Part shown: positions 1-12,650 of the stretch, piece after piece
Position numbering within the stretch: position 1 is the first letter of the stretch
Layout of the letters: each line of letters opens with the position of its first letter
DNA from: Iphione sp. A-MEVVRFRX5
Lineage: Eukaryota
NCBI GenBank assembly: GCA_976226885.1
Contig: OZ320316.1
Span: 31,620,001 to 31,684,000 of the forward strand
Direction of reading: 5' to 3'
Length of the DNA stretch: 64,000 nt
The notes under the pieces: generated by a model
Databases searched by the model: none
Seen by the model: only the letters and a program-made list of their open reading frames with translations
Told to the model about the DNA's origin: nothing
Made by a program: the position numbers and the translations under genes

Positions 1-782
1 CGCTGTATACACATAGTATAAAACCCGTCACCTTTTGTCCTAGGTAGGAAGTTGTCCTCTGATATTCAAAGTCTAATAGTTCATCCTCGACCAAGAAGTT
101 CGGGCCGGACTGGACTTTGTATTGCTTGAATTAAAACCAGTATGCTGGCGCCTTTCTCAAAGATGTCCTGTCCATGATTGCCACAATATTGTGTTTAGGA
201 TGTACTGACCAAGAGTGCACCCTGATCTGCACCTACTACAATATATGTATATATATATTGAAACGTTTCTACTTGACGTGGGAATACACAATATGAGTGG
301 TTAGTAAACACTGCCACGTGTTGCAAGTAGCCATTTTGTCCAGTATGGACCCCTGCATACACATAATTGCCCATAATTTCACGATAACTATGCGGCTAAG
401 TACCGATGTAATAAGCAGGTTGTATAGCCTGCTGTGTGTACCATATTCGTGTGCCTTCCCTGAATGTCCCTTGTGCACACCTTGTTTGTATGTATTTATA
501 GATAGGCATTAGTGCAGATTCTGTCCCAGTCGGCGTTTATGTGTGCTCTGTTTGATGAACTAGTATAAATATGTAATAAATGTGTTATGCGTGCCCCCTA
601 CCATGCCATTCTTTCCTTCTCTCCTTGTTTCTGTCTCTCCTCATCCTTTTTGCCTATTTTGTTTTCATTCTCATTGTTTGTCTCCTTTCTCTCTCCTTTC
701 TATATTTCATTTTCTTCCCCCCTCCCTCCCTTCCTGACCTACACCCCCCCCCCCCCCGCTGTTTCCAGTTCGCGCGGGTCAG

Positions 783-1417
783 GTTGCCATGGAGACAACC
801 ACCGCTCGACGATCCATCACCCTACGGAGGGGTGGTTGGTGGGAGAGTATCGTGGCGGGGGGGGGGGGCGACAATAGATGACAAGTTGATCACGTGATGT
901 GATTAGTGGGTATTACTAGGGAGGGCGAGCAGTGAGGGAGGGACGGTTTGGTGAGGATCTATGTTAGAGGTGGTTTGTGAATTTACCCTGTCCCTGTTTT
1001 TCCCCATTTTTGTCACCGTTACAATTTCCTAATTCTTGGTGTTTCCTTTTGTTTGGCTGTCACTCTTGTGTGTACATTGTACATGTCACTCTTTCAAACT
1101 TTTCATCTCAGCCCCTAGCATCCAAGTGCAGTTTCAGGGGTAGCAAAAACATGTATATATATTCATGTATATGTGAATCGGTTTGTATGTATTAGTGTAA
1201 CTGAATGCAATGTGTGTGTCTGTACAACACATTGGGTACGTAGGTTGTTTGTATCTGTGTGTCCCATAGTGGCCGGTGCTTACTAGTCGACAGCGTCCCT
1301 TGTTACCATGGCTACTGTCCCCCTCCCTGCTTATTACCATGGCGACGCCCCCAACGCCCACCTCGTTAGGGCTCCTTGTCGATCAAACTGGAAGCGTTGC
1401 TCGGTTGCTATGGTGAC
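783..1417. promoter_or_regulatory. RFX X-box-like palindrome cluster 1
   Basis: GTTGCCATGGAGAC 783, GTTACCATGGCTAC 1302, ATTACCATGGCGAC 1333, GTTGCTATGGTGAC 1404; X-box consensus is GTTNCCATGGNAAC. Confidence 0.6.
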
Positions 1418-1549
1418 CGCTCGGTGGTTGTTGTTGGTGAGGAGTGGAGAGGAAAAGTGGTTCAGTGGTTAGATCACTGGTCGTTTACCCCAAGGGTACA
1501 GTGATTCATGACTCGTTTCGCTGTGGTATCTCCTACGTATCTGATCTAA

Positions 1550-1645
1550 GGCCCACTTTCCATGTGTACGGGCTTTTTCTCCGGACCACGGAGCCTGGAC
1601 TTCTCCGTTTACGCAAAACGAATCCGTACACATGGAAAGCGGGCC
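1550..1645. mobile_element. 96-bp Harbinger/Tourist-type MITE
   Basis: 22-bp TIR GGCCC(A/G)CTTTCCATGTGTACGG with 1 mismatch; flanked by TAA and TCA; TIR related to the elements at 31466 and 49134. Confidence 0.75.
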
Positions 1646-3179
1646 TCAGGTGTCTCTACTGCCTCCACTGGTGCGGGAAAGCTAGATCGTACTGACGGAC
1701 CACACAGTTAGCAGTCAAATTTGATTCTGTATTTTGTAAATATTTACATGCCAAAGCACAAAAGTATGCAAAATTATACTCGCAGCCCTTCCTTTCTCCC
1801 TAATCCACTTGTTCTCTACGCATGACAGGACATATATGTATATAGATGTATATGTCTAGTGATTGATGGTCGTATGACTAGGCAGTACCACCTCTCCCCT
1901 CCCAGCCAGGAGGTGCCACGGCGCCTGTTGGCATGTCAACACGCACATGACCGGGCCGCCAGCACAGGTAAGGGGGGCGGAGCGGAGGGATGGGAGGGAG
2001 TGTAGAGGTAGGCTTACACAGGACACCAGGCTTTTAACCCAGGGTAACGTCCAGCAAACCATTTACTACATTGGATGTTCATGATGTATGTGCATGCATA
2101 GAGTTATGGGGACGAAGACAGGTGGAGAAGAAAACATTTTCATCCTGTGTTCTTGTATAGATGTATGTATGTATTTGTGTGTGCGCGTGAGGGGGGGAGT
2201 GGTGGGTGCAGAGAGAAGGAGAAAGAGAGAGAGAGACAGAGAGACAGACAGACAGACGGACGGACGGACGGACGGACGAACGACCATAGAGAGACAGGGA
2301 AACACATAAATTGACCACAGCCCCATGCGACTGATGTCACGGTATCCGCCTCATTGTGGTGATCAGGTGTAGCAAACCTGATCCCCTCTGTTTCACAGCT
2401 GGTCACGCCGTGTTTTCCATGTAAGCCTGTTTCGTTACGGTTCCGGTTACTGGATTTGCATTCCTCACTTGGCTCGAACCTGTCCAGGCACTAAACACAC
2501 ACTGTCTCTCTCGCTCTCTCGCTCTCTTCCGTCTTTCGCTCTCCCCGCACATCTCGTATCCCTCTCTTTCGTTTGCTGTCCGATTGTCCCCCCCCCCCCC
2601 CCAAGCTTGAGTGAATGAGTCGACATGGTAAATTGCTTTCAAGCCCCTCGAGCGAATTATCATACCAGCAGGCTGCCCCGACCAGGTGAGTTCTCCCAAC
2701 ACATACCTCGCTAATCCAGGTAAACCCAGGGTAATCCAACCTGGTGTCGGGGATTAAACCACTTCAGCGAAAGGATTAATTCATGATATGGGATCACATA
2801 ATGTGGTGCGTATGGGAGGGAAATATGCACACGTAGGGAAGGTATGCATGTTCCCAAGCACGTATTCATAATAAAGGCAGCAGTTTTTTGTATTAGTTCG
2901 TCTATCACTACACAGCCCCGCCCCCCGTAACCAAACCTGTGGCGGTTCCGAATAAAGTGCATGGCAACCATTGGGTAACCTCCACCGGAACATTTCTTGC
3001 CTAGAAATTCTGCTCTCGCCTCTCCCTCTGTCTGTTTGTCTGTCTCTTTCTTTCTCTCACATCTTCAGTATACATACATGTACATGTATATACATTCGAA
3101 CATCACATACACCTCAGACCTAACGAGGAGTGCGTGCCTGTGTGGTGGTGGTGGTGGGATATGGGGTGTGAGCCAGGTG

Positions 3180-5275
3180 GTTACCATGGCGCCCATCAGA
3201 CAGCGGGGTTTCAGGTGTCCCCCAGTGTACGTTCAACCACGCGAGGGGGAACATACGATGGTATGCCCCTTCCCGCCATAACAAGTGCTCCCCGGCGCCT
3301 CCTCTCTGGAAAGGACATCCCCCATCCCTCAAATACACACACGTTCCTACCGTACCCCCACCTGGGGTCAGTCGTCGTCATGGTTACGGCTTGGGTCACG
3401 TGACAGGGCGCCGTGTTGCCAGCAGACGGCGTGTGAGGTTACCATGGTAACCAGGGAAAGTAGTACGGTAATGAGACTTTCGAAGTCAAGTGAAGCTAAG
3501 TAATGCATACCGGTACGTATCACATACAAGGTGTGCCCTTATACACATATATATATGTCTCCTACCACCCATTGCCCTTATATATACAGATATGTGTACC
3601 TAAAGTGGTTTAAGGGATCTTATTTAACGGAATTATCTAGCATATACTAGTGGTTAACAGTGTATATAATTCCCTCAACCCCCCCCCCCCCTTGGCCGCA
3701 ATAGTTCGGCTTGCGATCAGGTTGTTCGCTGATCGGGACCCCTTACCAAAGCTACATGTATTCTTCAACCAGAGGAAACTTCCATTCCTTCGACATGTTT
3801 ACTTCTCACTAAACATACTCTCTAAGCGTTCCCTTCATCTCCATAGTTCATATATACATAGTTCATATATATTTCTCTTCAGTGGGTCTGCTTCGTCTCC
3901 GTAATGCCACGGTGTCCAGCGCAACTCTCCCTTCTTCTTCTCCTTGTAGTTTCCCACCACCTCGACGCTGTCATCTTCCTCCATCATAGAGGAATACCAC
4001 CTATCCATCATTTTTCTAGATTCCTTCTCGTATTTCTTTTTTTCCATCTTGCTGTCCGTCCTTCCCTCATCATCACTGTGACCTCTACATCCTTGGCTTT
4101 GCCTATCTACCTATTTGTCTACCATCTATTTATTTCTCCATCCTCATTGGATGCTTCCTACTAATCTCAGTCCATGTATCTCCCACTATCATACACCTCT
4201 CCACAACTGACCAGTATTAAGTGGCCTGTCGCACAAACCCCCTCCCACTTCATTGTCTACGTGTAGGGGTATGTCTCATTGTAAATATACTCCCTCAGCC
4301 CCACCACCACTTTGTCATAATGCCCTATTGTCCGTTCCCGCTGGCCTCCTGCCCCCTCTGATGTAACTGTGACGTCATCGTGACGTAAGCGCAAGTGCCC
4401 CCGTGGTCAATCCCTCTAGTGGCGGTGGAAGGAGGGAGGGGGGGCCCGGATCCGTTGCCATGGTGACCTATTGTTATTGATCGGGAGGCACGAAACCTGG
4501 TGTCATAACTATGGACTGGGGACTGACTGCTGGGGCGTCAAGAGGAGGAGGAGAAGGAGTGTGTATATGCAGTGTGCGTAGGTTTGTTTGTGAGTTTGTG
4601 CGTGTGTATCTGGGGAAACCGACAACGATTGATGATCTCTGGACGTTCGAACGTGAACATGTATATTCGGAGACTTGGGAAGAAAAGACTGGCCTGGGTA
4701 TGGGCGATCGGGAAGACTTGTGGGGGGGGGGCATAGTTACGTTGGCAAAAGAAGAAAGCAAGAAGAATGCATTTGTATGCAAATGTGTACATAAACTTTG
4801 TTCATCTATAATGCATGAAATGTATATGGTGAATATACATGCAAGGAGCATTAGCAGGGCACAAGAATGGTGTAATTCTGCAGTGATTATCAGGAAACGT
4901 GAAATAGGCATTGATTTCATGATGTTTCTCTGTAGTAAGTCACGTTTCGTTTTGGTTATTTAATAGTAGAGAAATATAAGATGTCTTTGTCTCCTCTTTG
5001 ATTCACAGACCATCGGCAAGGGGTCGCTGTGGTGCATTGACCCGGACTACCGACCCAACCTGCTGCAGGCGCTGAGAAAGACGCCCTACCACCCCTATCA
5101 TCAGCTTCAGATGCTGGCCACGCCCACCCCGAACGCTGGCTACACCATTCTCTCTGGGTGAGTAGATTACTTGTCCTGACCAAACACCTACGTCCAATAC
5201 TAGTGTTGTCATCGTGTTATCTAGTGAGGTTCCTAGCGCCATGCTAGGACATTACAACTCACACACCCACACACA

Positions 5276-5308
<33 letters not shown>

Positions 5309-5790
5309 AGGGAGACCGAGCTATATTCGGAGATGCTGAAGATAAGAACGCCAGAGCAGCAAAAGTTAATGGTGCCACTGCATGGATGGGAATAGTAGTA
5401 GCCAACTAGAAGGTGAGATGAGAGGAACTTTTTCCACTCTCCTTGTGTTGATTCGATATCAAGGATTTTGTAATATCGCTGGCTGTGTTCGATCGCGACA
5501 CATTATCAAGGTTTTCTCGCCCTCCGGTCTCAGTCCAGGGGCTGCATAAGAGTAAGGAGAGATGTTACGGGTGGAAAAGAAAATATATGAACTAATATCA
5601 AGATGGAGCCAACATTTTAAAGAGTAGAGGGAAACAGATCAGAAACCGGAGATTCCTGAAGAGAACTACAGTGAGTCTCACTATTGATAATCACCACCAA
5701 CACTATCCGGGCACTCCGTAACCATGGAAACGCGTGGTGTGACCCTGGACGTGACCCCTCACGCCCCAGGATGGGGACTACCATGGGAAC
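3180..5790. promoter_or_regulatory. RFX X-box-like palindrome cluster 2
   Basis: GTTACCATGGCGCC 3180, GTCGTCATGGTTAC 3374, perfect palindrome GTTACCATGGTAAC 3438, GTTGCCATGGTGAC 4454, GTAACCATGGAAAC 5718, weaker ACTACCATGGGAAC 5777. Confidence 0.6.
5009..5157 (+). CDS. FoxN2/3: FoxN2/3 forkhead transcription factor, internal exon (end of the forkhead domain)
   Basis: Acceptor ttcacAG|, donor |GTgagt. Translates [29 protein letters not shown], closely matching the recalled FOXN2/FOXN3 segment [28 protein letters not shown]. Upstream forkhead exon not found in the window. Confidence 0.95.
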
Positions 5791-6821
5791 GGGGAGGACG
5801 TGCATACATAACAGGTTTAGTAGTTAATGCAAACATCTAAGTTTAAGGCGTAGCTGACAGAGAACCTACCTCCCGATCCCTCTCTATCTCAATCTTTCTC
5901 TCTCTATCTTTCTGTCTGCCTGAAAATGAGCATTTTGTCATGTAAGGGAGATGGTCTTGTAGGTACCCTTCCCTGGTCCATCTTGAGGCAGAGGTTTAAG
6001 GTGGCAAGGTGGTTTAGATCGGCAGACAGATGGGATAGAACGACAGTAAAGGGGAGATACGCAGGCCGGTTTGGTGGTAGACGTTGACACGTCTCCCCTC
6101 GCCGCTCGGTGTGTGCACACAGCTCACCCAACTCTCCGTGACGTCACACTAACCTGACGTCACCCAACTTGGCACATCGGCCCAGATGATTTTTAAGGTG
6201 GGGGGAGGAAGGAGACAGAGAAAACGTGTAAACATAGAGACAGAGTGAAGAGAGTATGATAGATAGAGAAGGGAGAGGCACTAAGACCGGCGGCACTATT
6301 TATGATAATTTTTAAAAAATCAGAATCAGCAATAAAAAGTCGCACGTCCGAAGCTGTGTGTGTCGGGGGGGTGGGGATGGCGAAGAGGTCGGCCCGCACG
6401 GCTGACGACACAAAGGCCAATACGTTCACTCCATGTAGGTCATGATTGTACAACACTCGCCACTACCACCACTACCACCACCACTACCACCGCCGACACC
6501 ACCCTGTCCTCTGAACATGGAAAGACACCACAGGACAGGCTGACTACTCCGAGATGACGGCACGAGTAGAGGACGGGGAAGAGTCACTTTATTCAGAGAG
6601 ATGTTCTGATGTGTGGCGGGGCATTCACAGTAAGAATCAGCGGTGGTAGGACAGCATGTACAGTTGCTTTGTGTAGAGACAGGCGTGGATGTGGGTTTTG
6701 TCCTGTTCCTCGATCAGTATGAGGTACTCTGTCCGTTCGTCTGTCTGCCTGTCCATTCTTCTCCGTTTCCCTGACTTTGGTCATTTTGCGTGCCACCTCA
6801 TCTCACGGCGTTCCCACAAGC

Positions 6822-7654
6822 GTCACCAAGGCAACGCGTCGCTATGGTGACGGCGCATGCGCCGATGCCACAAACAGCCGCCATTGCTGTCGTTGCTATG
6901 GTGATGGTTCCCTATTCGCTCACCAGATGGCAATGGTGAGCGGTCGTGGCGACAGTTTCTATGGCAACCACCACGCCCGGCGCATGAATACCGGCCGTTT
7001 GTATGTGCGCTGCATGTTTTGTTTCTATTCACAAAAAAGGACCGCTATGTTGTGACAAACTGGCCATCTGCAATGATCAAAAGGACAGGTTAAAACAACG
7101 TAGGTGGATTATTTTTGCACTATTGTTCCGTTTGTATAACTACGTCTGACCCATATGTATGTGTGTGAGCGTGATCTAAATGGTAGTGGCAAGTGGGAGT
7201 GGTGGGTGGCATAGGCGCTGGTGCTTGCAACAGACCGTGAATAGACGACAGACTAAGAGTAGGTCACGGATGAGAGACGATGTCACCACAGGCTGAAATG
7301 TGAGGTTAGTGGACCACAAAAGTACAACGGTAAACATGACTCTTCCCCACATTCTAAGTGGGACGCGAAGCTATGTAAGAGATGGACAGAATGTCAGAGA
7401 GACTAGTAACAAGTGTGTGTTAAAGACAAAAGAAAACAAGGGAAAGGGTGAAGGCCATGCGGATGAAATCAGAGAAAGACAGGAAGAGAGAGTGACAAAA
7501 ATCGAGACGAAGAGATCCACTCGCCCCCTCCCCTCGCCAGTGGCGGGCCTTTGTCAGTCGGTGTTTGTCTCGGCTAGAGCAGCGGTAGGGAATTCTCGCA
7601 CGGTGGCGCTCCTCGCTCTCCTAGCCTGACCTTAATACACGTCACTATGGTAAC
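6822..7654. promoter_or_regulatory. RFX X-box-like palindrome cluster 3
   Basis: GTCACCAAGGCAAC 6822, GTCGCTATGGTGAC 6838, GTTGCTATGGTGAT 6892, GTTTCTATGGCAAC 6955, GTCACTATGGTAAC 7641. Confidence 0.6.
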
Positions 7655-7703
7655 GGGACAGCTAGCGTCAGGACAAGTCTCCTACTACCGGCCCTACCTC
7701 TCC

Positions 7704-8037
7704 NNNNNNNNNNNNNNNNNNNNNNNNNNNNNNNNNNNNNNNNNNNNNNNNNNNNNNNNNNNNNNNNNNNNNNNNNNNNNNNNNNNNNNNNNNNNNNNNN
7801 NNNNNNNNNNNNNNNNNNNNNNNNNNNNNNNNNNNNNNNNNNNNNNNNNNNNNNNNNNNNNNNNNNNNNNNNNNNNNNNNNNNNNNNNNNNNNNNNNNNN
7901 NNNNNNNNNNNNNNNNNNNNNNNNNNNNNNNNNNNNNNNNNNNNNNNNNNNNNNNNNNNNNNNNNNNNNNNNNNNNNNNNNNNNNNNNNNNNNNNNNNNN
8001 NNNNNNNNNNNNNNNNNNNNNNNNNNNNNNNNNNNNN
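7704..8037. other. Assembly gap (N run)
   Basis: 334 N. Confidence 1.
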
Positions 8038-11000
8038 ATACCCATAGACAATGTTGAAGAACTTGTCACTCGGCAGTGTGTAGGTATGGACGATGTGGCG
8101 CTTAGTGGCAGGTGTGCCATTAGTAACTTACTCGACACACACCGACCAGGCCGGCTAAGCTTGCCTGTCAGTTTGTGCACCAGTAGTAACGTAGTTGTAT
8201 CACTACATCTACTACTCTTTGACTACACACGGCATATAGACAAACTGACCACAACGAAGTCACTGTCTGCTTATGTCGGTGTGCCGCTGAAGCCCCCGTT
8301 TTTATGGTGAGGGGCTAGTGGCCCAAACTTACTTCACTGCACCAGTCTACATGCAGTTCTATTATTAAACTATCATCATATCCGGCCTGGGCCAACATGG
8401 AGAAGCCTGCCCGCACACTCTGCTTGTATTAAAGACACTAGTATGGCTGTGCTTGTGGCCTTTCTGCAGGAGTTACTGCTCACTTAATCTTGATCTCCTA
8501 GTATGGCTGTGTATGGTCGTAAATTTACGAAGGTTTTATACACATATGGTTGGTGTCTCAACAGCTGCGTATGCCGGAATGGTCATAGAATCAGGCTTAT
8601 ACATATTTACCTCCATGGGTGGGGTTTTATAACACTCGTAATGGCAATCTTTTTAAAGACATCCCTGTATGATCATCAATATTGATGTATGCATTTACAT
8701 TTGTCTGCGTCTGTTGCCAGCTGAAATGTACCGAATTAGAGCGATTTTGTAACGAGCTGCACTTTGCAGTCTTTAAAAAAAATATCAATGAATTACAGCC
8801 CCATTCTGTACAAAGTGCTTTATCGAATAGCATGAAACAAGCAGATCAACATACGTTTTTCAAGTTTTAACAAATGATATAAACGTACCGGCATATCATT
8901 ATGTGAGTGATGGGTCTTGCCGAAGCTTTTTGTGTGTCAATTTAAATTGCAGCGTGCAAATTAGTCGTTGACTTTAAGCGAGTCCTTCCGTGTATGCATT
9001 TAGCTCTTACGTGTGCGCTTAGCCACAACCTCCCCGAAAAATCCAATTCATATCAATGCCCGGGCCGCTTATTAACACAGATGGATGTGTGATATGATTG
9101 CACAAGCAGAATGTGTGATATGTTGATTTCAACCACCATCAGTTGCCAACCTTGCCCCAGGGATTGTTGCATCTATTGCAGTATTGCATGTATATGGGTA
9201 TACCTTGACGCAGCCAACTCTGTAAGTACAGGAATTTGGGAAGACAGCAGACATCAAAAGGATAAATGCGTACATGTACATCAAAAGACCGCCAAACCTT
9301 GGATATCATGTACAGTGTCCGGTTTGTCAGGTGACAGGATCACGGTTACATATTCTAGTCCGCGAGGCGATGCTAAAAGATAGTAGTAGCCCTAGGTGAA
9401 ATTAACCCTTCTGTCCAGCGGGGAGCAACTACTATTACACTTTATACCGAAAACATAACATGAAAGTCGTCTAAAGCACAATGGCAGACCCTTCATGGAG
9501 TTATATTTTTCATACCGGGTCGCAAAGAAAATAGTTTGGAGACTCAATTTGTACTCAACCACGCTACTAATTACAATATACGTGTCCTTTAAATTATCTA
9601 GAAATGTCTTTGGATTAGGAAAGAAAACAAACTTGGCACTACTTTCTTAACAAACTGCCTTATCAATACATAAATGTGTATATCAGTGGAGGCTGCTGCC
9701 ATCTGGTGTTGGAGAAATGTTCTTGAATTGAGGGATTCCTTCCTTTCATGGACATCACATCTTCTGGATGACAAGGAGAGGGAAAAAAGAGAGACGAAGA
9801 GGGCGGTGAGAGAAGTGTGAAGGAAGAAAAGAATGGCAGAGGGGAACGAAAGGGATAGATCGAGTGGACAGAAACAGAGACAGAAGCGATCTGATTCCTC
9901 GGGTTATAACTATATTTAAGCGCAATAAACAGCTGTGCTTTAGAAACGCCAGATTAAGTTCATCGTCTAATCATATACATGCACGTTTATCGATTGCCGA
10001 GTCATATTTAGAGAGTTATTGTGGAACAGTGTCAGTGTGTCTGTACTGCTTCATAACAGCTTCGGTTAGATAGTAGGACACCATAGAATGGCTTGGGCAA
10101 TCTTTTAGAATTACTGTAATACGATATGTACAAGGATACAAAGTTAATATATTGCTCGATAATGCATATGCAGATCGGTTCCACGATGTCAAAACGCATC
10201 GTGTTTCGAGTGTCTCTTTCCCACACTTGTTTGCAGATATACAATTATATATGCAGAGATGCACACAACGCACTGTGGAGGGACAGTTACCGGGCCATTT
10301 GTTCATAAAGGTATGAGTGTGTGATTACAATCACATACCTTTAGGACCACAGTGCGGTTAGCCCTCTGTAAACGGACATGACCAAGCAATTTTTGGTCAG
10401 ATTAGCGGGGAATTAAGTCGAAGCAGGTTGGGGAGAGCGGTGAAGGAAGGAGGAGCATACGCACTGTACCAGGTTTCCAGGGTAGGGGATGAGGTCCTCG
10501 GGTGGGGGTGAGGGGAGTAAGCAGTGTAAGGAAGACAACATTTAACTGTACGTTTAATTGTTCTCATCAAATCTGAGAAGGAAGCAGTGGTAGGTCGAGA
10601 GGTGAAAAAGATTCAAGCAGCGTGAAATACGGCTTGTAAAAACCAGCTGTAACCGGTTATTGTCGAAGGGGCAGTACAGGACTAGGAAGACTGAGGACAG
10701 ACCTTTGGGTGGGGAGAAAACGGTGAGATGGTTAACGGCAGTGAAAAAAGAAACACGATGGTGGATATTCGAACACAAAAAAAGAGCTTTGGCAGAGGAA
10801 GCCGGTTGTAGTGGCGTACAGGTGCGGGTCTATAGGGTGGTAAGAACGTGGTTACTTGGAGATTTAAAGGAGGAGGTGGTTGAGTGGATGTGGATAGTGC
10901 AGGAAAGGACGCATTTGAGGCAAAAGGAGGAGTAGGAAGGGATACTTGTGTAGGAAGCAATGTATGGGGCTCTTGTTTTGAGAAGTGTAAAGTGGCGTTC

Positions 11001-11224
11001 TAGGGAACAGATGGGTGGGAATTTTAAGGATAGCAGAAGGAGTAGTGGTGGATAGGGAGGTAGAGGTACAGAGGAAAGGATGGAGGTGGGACTGCGTGTA
11101 GCGGGGGTAGGTGGTTTGCGGATGTACCGGGTGTGTGTTGGGCGTCTGATGGCGTCACGTGATCTATTGATGTGAGCCTCGTTATGATGGCTGCCGCTTC
11201 CTCCTTCTGCTCCTGCCGGGGTAC

Positions 11225-11290
11225 GTTACCATGACGACGACGGCCGCCTCCCCACTCACTAATTCTGCCACCCTCCGTCGTCATGACAAC
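11225..11290. promoter_or_regulatory. Paired X-box-like sites in a GC-rich intronic element
   Basis: GTTACCATGACGAC 11225 and GTCGTCATGACAAC 11277; a further site GTTGTCATGGAAAC lies at 14862. Confidence 0.5.
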
Positions 11291-12296
11291 CTGCTGCTGC
11301 CCACCACCACATTTGACGAAGTCTCGGCAAAGTCTCACGGAGGCGGCGAGAGCCGGACGAGAGGAGCCCTACCATCGTGGAAGCGGCAGGCGCGAGAAGC
11401 TCTCGCTGGGGGAGGGGCTAAAGACTTTCTGTTAGATTGTCATGGGAGAAAGGGAGGAGGGGAAAATAGATACATGCCCCACCCTAACCAGGGCATTACC
11501 ATAACCGGCATAGTGCTCATCACTTTATGTGTGTGCTCTAAGCTAGATGACTATAAGACGGCTTTTACATGTATCTGTATGTTATGTATGATAGGGATTC
11601 CCACAATGCTTTCCTATGGAGAAACATCCGTTTGCATGATAAGCCATCCTGGTCGGGAACAGGGAAACAGAATATGATGTATTAGCATTGTGAATGGAGG
11701 CACACGAAAGAGCTAATGGATATACTATATATAGGCTGTTTTGCACGCTCCAAAATATGTCCGTTTGCATTGCAAACGGGCACATGAGCCCTGCCTAAGA
11801 GGGAATCGATGGTCCATGGCCCTTGCTAACTTGGGTTGGTTTTCTTCAGCAGTTGTTCTGAAATGATGGGTATGGATGCTTCCAGACCGGTGTGAATGAG
11901 GGCCTTTCCATGTGGATGTATTCAATATACATGTAATAGACAGTGATCGCTGGAGGTGACCTTTATGACTGAAATTAGTGTATCATGCATCCTGAATATG
12001 TATTTGTGTGTGGGAAAACCACTGATTGATTGACCAGTATTACAGAAAGCCAGCCGTATATTTTTAGACACATGGGTAGGGGACGTAGTAACTATGTATG
12101 AATTTCCCTGCATGTCATGGCTGCATATCTGTCGACAAAACTACATGTATGTTTGCATGGAAAGCCCACCTAACACGGACACCAATCCTGACATAATATA
12201 GCCTACCACACCATTGTTGTCAGTGCTTAACAGAATACTCTTCGTATCGTGGTGGGGAAAATATATACTGATGACTGTTTGTCTTGTATTTTGCAG

Positions 12297-12352
12297 TGCC
12301 GCAAAGCCTCTACCGCTGGGAAATCGTCTCAACCTGAATACGCCCTCTCCTC
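12297..12352 (+). CDS. FoxN2/3: FoxN2/3 internal exon (56 nt)
   Basis: ttttgcAG|...|GTaagt; phase 2 in, phase 1 out, fitting both neighbours; encodes AAKPLPLGNRLNLNTPSP. Confidence 0.85.
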
Positions 12353-12416
12353 GTAAGTACATATTTATCACTAATAAGGTACACTTGATCCAGTGTCACT
12401 GAGACCTACACATACA

Positions 12417-12650
12417 NNNNNNNNNNNNNNNNNNNNNNNNNNNNNNNNNNNNNNNNNNNNNNNNNNNNNNNNNNNNNNNNNNNNNNNNNNNNNNNNNNNN
12501 NNNNNNNNNNNNNNNNNNNNNNNNNNNNNNNNNNNNNNNNNNNNNNNNNNNNNNNNNNNNNNNNNNNNNNNNNNNNNNNNNNNNNNNNNNNNNNNNNNNN
12601 NNNNNNNNNNNNNNNNNNNNNNNNNNNNNNNNNNNNNNNNNNNNNNNNNN
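12417..12650. other. Assembly gap (N run)
   Basis: 234 N. Confidence 1.

Noticed and set aside
7647-8180. ORFs spanning N runs (also near 12.4, 34.5, 35.5 and 57.3 kb)
   Set aside because: Open only because N codons are not read as stops.
11231-11677. 148-aa ORF inside the FoxN2/3 intron
   Set aside because: No homology or usable splice sites; its GC richness is explained by the X-box-containing regulatory element it overlaps.
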